Below are positions 46,627 through 51,762 of a stretch of DNA of 51,762 nt, piece by piece. Position 1 is the first letter of the stretch; each line of letters starts with the position of its first letter. The DNA lies in IMG/VR virus record IMGVR_UViG_3300020213_000040, positions 1 through 51,762 of that record, one strand, 5' to 3'. The position numbers and the translations under genes are program-made. The DNA is from a virus. Taxonomy: Duplodnaviria > Caudoviricetes. The notes beneath the pieces are model-generated. The model saw only the letters and a program-made list of their open reading frames with translations, searched no databases and was not told where the DNA came from.

Positions 46627-46871
46627 ACGATACGGCTAACGATTGTCTACGGGATCGGGTACTGGCTACACATCTGATGGTACTGGGGCATCGGCGCAAG
46701 CTGCGCGCTGGTCGCGCTGTCGTCTATCGGGGTCGCCACAGCTTCGTCATTCTCGGCCCCGACGGCAGTACGCGGATTATGCGGGTTGGCCATCGGTTGG
46801 GTGAGTGCCGGAATTGGCTCAGTGCTGCCGAATGGGTTGTGAACGAACTTAACTGGTGGGGGTGGCTGTGA
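46623..46871 (+). CDS. Hypothetical protein
   Basis: ATGA coupling. Confidence 0.55.
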   Translation: MNDTANDCLRDRVLATHLMVLGHRRKLRAGRAVVYRGRHSFVILGPDGSTRIMRVGHRLGECRNWLSAAEWVVNELNWWGWL

Positions 46872-47479
46872 GCGAAATAGTGATGGATGCGTTTGAGGTC
46901 ATTGAGCAGGCGGCCAAAGCAGGCGATGACATTTGGGAAATGGCTATCGGGGCAGGGCTTCAGGCGCATGAAGATATGGATACCGGACGCTGGCTCATCG
47001 GTGATCTTTCCCTTCTTGTAAGCAAGCAATACGGCGAACACCGCATTGAAGATTTCGCCAAAAGCATCAAGGTCGAGGTCGGGCGAGCGAAGGAATATCG
47101 GACAGTGTGCCGGTTCTGGAGAAAATCGGTACGTACCGATTTTCTGGCAGATCGCCCGAATGTGACCTATTCGCACCTGCGAATCGCCATGCGCTTGAAG
47201 ATGCTGGAGAAGGCGATGGATTTCATTGAGGAGTGCAGCGATAGCGACTGGACAGCGGAATTTGCCCGCCTCGAACTGAATAGGCGGCTCGGCAAACCTG
47301 TTCCGCCGCCGCGAGTATTGGATGCTCAGGCAAATCTAAGACTCATCGACTCGAAGACCTTCACCCTGACACTTGAAGCCCTGTCCTTCATCGTTGGCGA
47401 TGGGCTAGGCATCGTTGATGGTAAGAGCGTTCGCATCGTCATGTACGAGCTGTCGAAGGATGAAAACGATGCTGTTTAA
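46868..47479 (+). CDS. Putative DNA-binding protein (WxIGD...YG...SH helical family)
   Basis: RWLIGD...QYGE...VTYSH; GTGA coupling. Confidence 0.55.
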   Translation: MSEIVMDAFEVIEQAAKAGDDIWEMAIGAGLQAHEDMDTGRWLIGDLSLLVSKQYGEHRIEDFAKSIKVEVGRAKEYRTVCRFWRKSVRTDFLADRPNVTYSHLRIAMRLKMLEKAMDFIEECSDSDWTAEFARLELNRRLGKPVPPPRVLDAQANLRLIDSKTFTLTLEALSFIVGDGLGIVDGKSVRIVMYELSKDENDAV

Positions 47480-49190
47480 TGAGAAACAGTACCAACCGCA
47501 GCGTTTGCGGGAGTATCAGGAAAAGGCCGTCGCTGCTATTCAACACGCATGGGACTCTGGCGATCCTGCACCGCTCGCAGCGCTGGCAACCGGCGCTGGC
47601 AAAACCACCATTCTGGCCCAGCTTCTCGTTGAGACCGTGACACCGATGATTCATCGTGCGCTGGTCGTTGGTCATACTGAGGAGATCGTGACCCAGCTTC
47701 ACGAGCGGGTTATCAACCAGTTCGGCGGAGAACTCAACCACTACTTCGGCGACGATTTCGCACCCGGCATCGGCATCGTGATGGCTGAACAGGATGCCGC
47801 CGATGCGCGTATTGTGGTGGCGACACGTCAGTCCCTCCATAAGAAACGACTGGCGAAGCTGCTCGAACACGGCGCTTTCGATATTCTGATTATCGACGAA
47901 GCACATCACGCACTCGCCGATAACAGCTACGGAAGCATCAAAGAAACGCTGACCGAAGCAAACCCGCTTTTGCGAACAGCAGGTTTCACCGCTACGCCGA
48001 AGCGCACAGACAAAGAAGCGCTGGGCAGCTTGTTCACATCGATCTGCTATCAATGGCTGATTCCTGAAGGGGTTGGCTCCGGCTATCTCGTACCAGCTAC
48101 CCGGCTGAAGGTCAGCACAAAAGTCGATGTCAGCGATTTAAGAACACAGAAGGGCGATTACGAGCAGAGCAAGCTGATCTCGGCTCTCGACACTGCTAAC
48201 TGGCGCGACCTGTGCGTGAATGCCTATCAGCAGTACATCGCGCCTTCTAACCGCATGGCATTAGCGTTCCTTCCCAATGTAGCGATGAGCCAGAATTTCG
48301 CGGCAGCGCTGCGGGAGATCGGGGTGGCAGCCGCGCACATCGACGGCGAGACACCCAAAGAGGAGCGGCGGCGTATCCTCGCGCAGTATGCAGCGGGCGA
48401 GATCCGCATCATCTCTAACTGCATGGTCTTTACCGAGGGCTTCGATTCACCTCAAACCAGCGCAATTTTATTGGCGCGTCCGACACGGCAGTCCACTTTA
48501 TTTACGCAAATCATCGGGCGTGGTCTACGTCCATATCCCGGCAAACACGACTGCCTGATCGTCGATATGACAGTGGTGGACACAAAGGCTTTGGAGGTCG
48601 GAACTCTGTTGGGGCGGTTGATCTCATGCCCGGAGTGCAAAGTCGAGTTCTACGCAGCGTTGAAGTGCTGCCCACAGTGTGGCGCGGAACGCAAGATCAG
48701 CCTCCGCGAAGCCTACGAGCGCGATCTGTTCGTTGGCGATGAGAACGGCGGTAGCAAACCCGGTCAAGGTCTGTTCGCCGATTATCAGCCGATGTTCGAG
48801 AAGGCGTTTGCAGCGTGGTATCGCGGGGCAGATGGTTTCTTCTCCTGTACGTTGAGTTTCGAAGATGGCGCGCTGGTGATCGTGCCGCCGCTGCAAGACA
48901 ACCTCTACCGCCTCGTGCATGTCCCCAAGATCAAAGACGCACCTTCGCAAGTGTTGGCGCGCAATGATGACCTAACGGCGCTGATGTTGGACGCCGACGA
49001 GCAGGTGCAGCAGCGATCCGAAGCCAGCATTACACAGAAAGATGCGTTCTGGCGCGGAGATCCGCCGTCGCCAGCGCAGATCAATTTATTGAGCAAGTTG
49101 GGGGTAGTCATACCCGATGGTTTATCGAAGGGTGCGGCGAGTCAGTTGATAACGCATACGCTGGCTGTGCGCCGCTTGGTCATGGAGTAA
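47469..49190 (+). CDS. SF2 DEAD/DEAH-box helicase with zinc ribbon
   Basis: LREYQ, ATGAGKT, IIDEAHH, TATP, TEGFD, QIIGRGLR, CPEC...CPQC. Confidence 0.93.
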   Translation: MLFNEKQYQPQRLREYQEKAVAAIQHAWDSGDPAPLAALATGAGKTTILAQLLVETVTPMIHRALVVGHTEEIVTQLHERVINQFGGELNHYFGDDFAPGIGIVMAEQDAADARIVVATRQSLHKKRLAKLLEHGAFDILIIDEAHHALADNSYGSIKETLTEANPLLRTAGFTATPKRTDKEALGSLFTSICYQWLIPEGVGSGYLVPATRLKVSTKVDVSDLRTQKGDYEQSKLISALDTANWRDLCVNAYQQYIAPSNRMALAFLPNVAMSQNFAAALREIGVAAAHIDGETPKEERRRILAQYAAGEIRIISNCMVFTEGFDSPQTSAILLARPTRQSTLFTQIIGRGLRPYPGKHDCLIVDMTVVDTKALEVGTLLGRLISCPECKVEFYAALKCCPQCGAERKISLREAYERDLFVGDENGGSKPGQGLFADYQPMFEKAFAAWYRGADGFFSCTLSFEDGALVIVPPLQDNLYRLVHVPKIKDAPSQVLARNDDLTALMLDADEQVQQRSEASITQKDAFWRGDPPSPAQINLLSKLGVVIPDGLSKGAASQLITHTLAVRRLVME

Positions 49191-49194
49191 AAGC

Positions 49195-50358
49195 GTGAGT
49201 TCAAAGATTCTGCCGAACACATTTATGAGTTTTAACCTCTACGTCGATGTGGCGATGGAACTGCTCACACCGGAAGAATACACGGTGCTTTCATACGCGA
49301 CCCGTCATATCCTCGGCTGGCAGGATAAGGTCAACAAACGACGTGGATTTATCAGCCTAACGATGTTTGAAGGTGGCTTCAGCACTGGTGAGGGGACTCA
49401 CTTCGGTGGTACTGGACTAGGCCGCGCCACGTTGCTCAAGGCGCTGGATGGACTGACACAGGCGAATTTGCTAGTCAAAATCGGTGAGCCGACAGCTGAT
49501 GGACAAGAGTGGGAACTCGGTGAAGAAATTCGTTGGGACTATTTACTTGCCCGTCAAGCGGCTAAAGACGAGCAGAATCGGCTTAAAACCGAAAAGGCGC
49601 GTAGTACCCGAAAAGCCCGCCAAGTGGTTAGTCCCACAAACCAGCAGGTGGTTAGTCCCACAAACCAGCAGGTGGTTAGTCCCACAAACCAGCAGCGGTT
49701 AGTCCCACAAACCAGTGCTGGTTTGTCGCACAAACTGAATCAAAGACATCTTCAAAGACACCTTCAAAACCATATTGCGCCTACCGGCGCACCGGCTTCT
49801 TCCATCACAGACGAAACGGGACTATATCCTTGCACATCAGCCGACATAGTGGCTCTCATCGGCGCATGGTGGGACTGGACACCGCGTCGGCCAACGAAAC
49901 GCGGGCAGGTCATTGAGTCAAAGCAGCATTTTGCTAATAAGACCAACCGCGAATACGCGCAGAACCTCGTCCAGCGCGGGGTGCTGCCTGCCGACTTCAT
50001 TCGCTGCTTGGGCGAGATTCGCAACGATGAGAACTCGCGCCTGCACGATAAGGAGATGACCTTCTGCTATGCCGGGGAAGTCGTCGAGGAGTGGGTGCAG
50101 GAAGATCGCGCAGAGAACTGGTACACCGAAGATGCGCCGCGCATCACGCCGCGTAAGCCGGATGTCGCGGTCAATATGGGCGAGATCGGCGAGGGCGATA
50201 ACCTGCTGGAGCGGCTCGCCAATGACCCGACTGTGATCGTCGATGTTCCTGCGCCGTACATCTCCCCACATGAAGCGAGTGAAGCTGAAGACGATGAGAG
50301 CGGCGAATTCTCTGCCGACGATGCCACACTGCTGGCGGAACTGGGGCTGCCGCTATGA
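49195..50358 (+). CDS. Lambda O-like replication initiator with internal iterons
   Basis: N-terminal wHTH (YATRHILGW...GTGL); internal repeats; directly before dnaB. Confidence 0.8.
   Translation: MSSKILPNTFMSFNLYVDVAMELLTPEEYTVLSYATRHILGWQDKVNKRRGFISLTMFEGGFSTGEGTHFGGTGLGRATLLKALDGLTQANLLVKIGEPTADGQEWELGEEIRWDYLLARQAAKDEQNRLKTEKARSTRKARQVVSPTNQQVVSPTNQQVVSPTNQQRLVPQTSAGLSHKLNQRHLQRHLQNHIAPTGAPASSITDETGLYPCTSADIVALIGAWWDWTPRRPTKRGQVIESKQHFANKTNREYAQNLVQRGVLPADFIRCLGEIRNDENSRLHDKEMTFCYAGEVVEEWVQEDRAENWYTEDAPRITPRKPDVAVNMGEIGEGDNLLERLANDPTVIVDVPAPYISPHEASEAEDDESGEFSADDATLLAELGLPL
49626..49770 (+). repeat. Iteron array, putative lytic origin
   Basis: GGTTAGTCCCACAAACCAG at 49626, 49650, 49674, 49697, a degenerate copy at 49720, then CAAAGACAYCTT twice. 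Confidence 0.85.
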
Positions 50359-51762
50359 ACAACCAAACAACATTGGCACAGCGGGCGAATCTCCCGCCTT
50401 ACAGTCAAGAAGCTGAAGAAGCGGTCATCGGCGCGATCATCAGTAATCCCGGAGCGCTGCATGATGTCGCCGCGTTCTTGGAGTCTAAGGGCTTTTATCT
50501 GCTACGCCATCAGCACATTTGGAACGCGCTGATTCGTCTCGACGAACGCGGCGAACCGATTGATTTGCTGACCGTCAGCGAAGAACTTAAGAACATGGGC
50601 GTATTGGACGAGATCGGCAGCGTTGCTTATCTGATGCAGCTCGTCAACAACACGCCGACCTCGATACATGCGGAGGCTTACGGGCAGCTCGTCGTTCGCA
50701 CCGCGATCCGTCGGCACATGCTCCGGGTAGGCGACGAAATTAAAGCGCTGGCACTGAATGGCGAAATCACCATCCAGCAAGCCTATCTGGAAGGCTTGCA
50801 GCGTTACGATGCTATTCAAGTGCATGACCGCCAGCAGTTCCTACCCGGCTCACTCTCGATCCAAAGCTACGATGAGACGCTCGAAGACCTTATCAGACGC
50901 AATCGGGCTGGCGAAATGCTCGGCTATCCGCTTCCGCCTGCGTTGAAACGATTGTCTGAAGCGCTTCCGGTGCTGCTGCCCGGACATCTGGTCGTCGTGT
51001 CCGGGACTTCGGGCAGCGGCAAATCGGCGCTGATGGAGCAGCTCGCGGAGTGGTACGCCAGTCTCGGTTTGTTGTGCTATTACGCGCATACCGAAATGAG
51101 TACCAACGATTTGCTGCACCGCCGCATGGCGCGACATTCGGGCATTCCATTTCATCTGCTGGCGACTGGCAGCATCCAAGACGCTCAGTATCCGACGCTG
51201 CTCGATGCTGATGTGGAGATCAAGAAGTTCACGACCAACATCGCCTATCACTGGCTGCCGGATGTGGAGTTCTCGGTACTGGCGACTCAGATGCGCCGTG
51301 CTGCCGAGCATGGCGTGAAGATCTTCTTCCTCGATCACTTTCAGGATGTGAAGCCGCCTTCAAAGGGGACAAGCGATGTTCGCGCTTTCGAGGAAATGTG
51401 CGTGTGGCTGAACGCCTTCGCCGAGCATCGTCATGTGCTGGTGATCGTCGCCAGTCAGCAAAACCAGCGCGGCGATACCAAGTGGACGAAAAAGCTCACC
51501 GAAAAAGCGAGCGTTTGGATCGGTGTCAAGCGCGAACGGCTGCTCGGCGAGTACGTCTACACGCATGAGGGTGTTGAAGTCCGGGCGCAAAAAGGTGAGG
51601 ACACGCCTGTCGTCGATGTGTCGATCAACAAAGCGCGTTTCGGCAAGAAGGCGAAGCTCAAGATGATTTATCACGGGCCGCGCTTCATGTACCTCGATAT
51701 GTCGCAGGTGAAGCTGCCGAAACCAATCAGCATCGAGAGCGGCAAGATCATTCCGATGGATG
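50355..51762 (+). CDS. dnaB: DnaB-like replicative helicase (continues across the junction to 184)
   Basis: LPPYSQEAEEAVIG N-domain, SGTSGSGKS Walker A, TEM, FLDHFQ, ASQ; absent from the ORF track because it runs off the end. Confidence 0.9.
   Translation, partial: MNNQTTLAQRANLPPYSQEAEEAVIGAIISNPGALHDVAAFLESKGFYLLRHQHIWNALIRLDERGEPIDLLTVSEELKNMGVLDEIGSVAYLMQLVNNTPTSIHAEAYGQLVVRTAIRRHMLRVGDEIKALALNGEITIQQAYLEGLQRYDAIQVHDRQQFLPGSLSIQSYDETLEDLIRRNRAGEMLGYPLPPALKRLSEALPVLLPGHLVVVSGTSGSGKSALMEQLAEWYASLGLLCYYAHTEMSTNDLLHRRMARHSGIPFHLLATGSIQDAQYPTLLDADVEIKKFTTNIAYHWLPDVEFSVLATQMRRAAEHGVKIFFLDHFQDVKPPSKGTSDVRAFEEMCVWLNAFAEHRHVLVIVASQQNQRGDTKWTKKLTEKASVWIGVKRERLLGEYVYTHEGVEVRAQKGEDTPVVDVSINKARFGKKAKLKMIYHGPRFMYLDMSQVKLPKPISIESGKIIPMD
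51637..51762 (+). repeat. Terminal direct repeat, right copy
   Basis: Identical to 6-131. Confidence 0.95.

Noticed and set aside
49626-49738. Repeats as a CRISPR mini-array
   Set aside because: Only 4-5 nt between repeats, no unique spacers, and inside an initiator gene; iterons fit better.

Overview
This window looks like a complete, circularly closed temperate siphovirus-type phage genome of about 51.6 kb: bases 6-131 repeat exactly at 51637-51762, inside a DnaB-like helicase gene. Gene order is accessory genes, terminase/portal/head, tail (with a -1 frameshifted tail chaperone), tail fibres, lysis, a leftward cassette-like early operon, a Rep-ParA-ParB module, a cI/cro-like switch, and lytic replication genes (SF2 helicase, lambda O-like initiator with iterons, DnaB). 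I see no integrase, so the prophage probably persists as a plasmid. A Chloroflexota host is inferred, not shown, from the GAAC-N4-GTTC LexA box and the style of the DnaB, lysin and membrane proteins. The genome carries five IS200/IS605-family pieces: a tnpA-tnpB element, a tnpB-only element, a tnpB 3' remnant with its right end, and two ~50-bp single-hairpin mini-elements. The most unusual features are (1) those mini-elements, (2) a LexA-box promoter firing antisense into a repressor that lacks an autocleavage domain, (3) six C-GAGAW-G hairpins at the scaffold gene start, (4) a non-canonical tRNA-like cloverleaf upstream of the terminase, and (5) REP-like hairpin leaders punctuating the early operon. 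All family assignments come from reading motifs by eye; no database searches were run.
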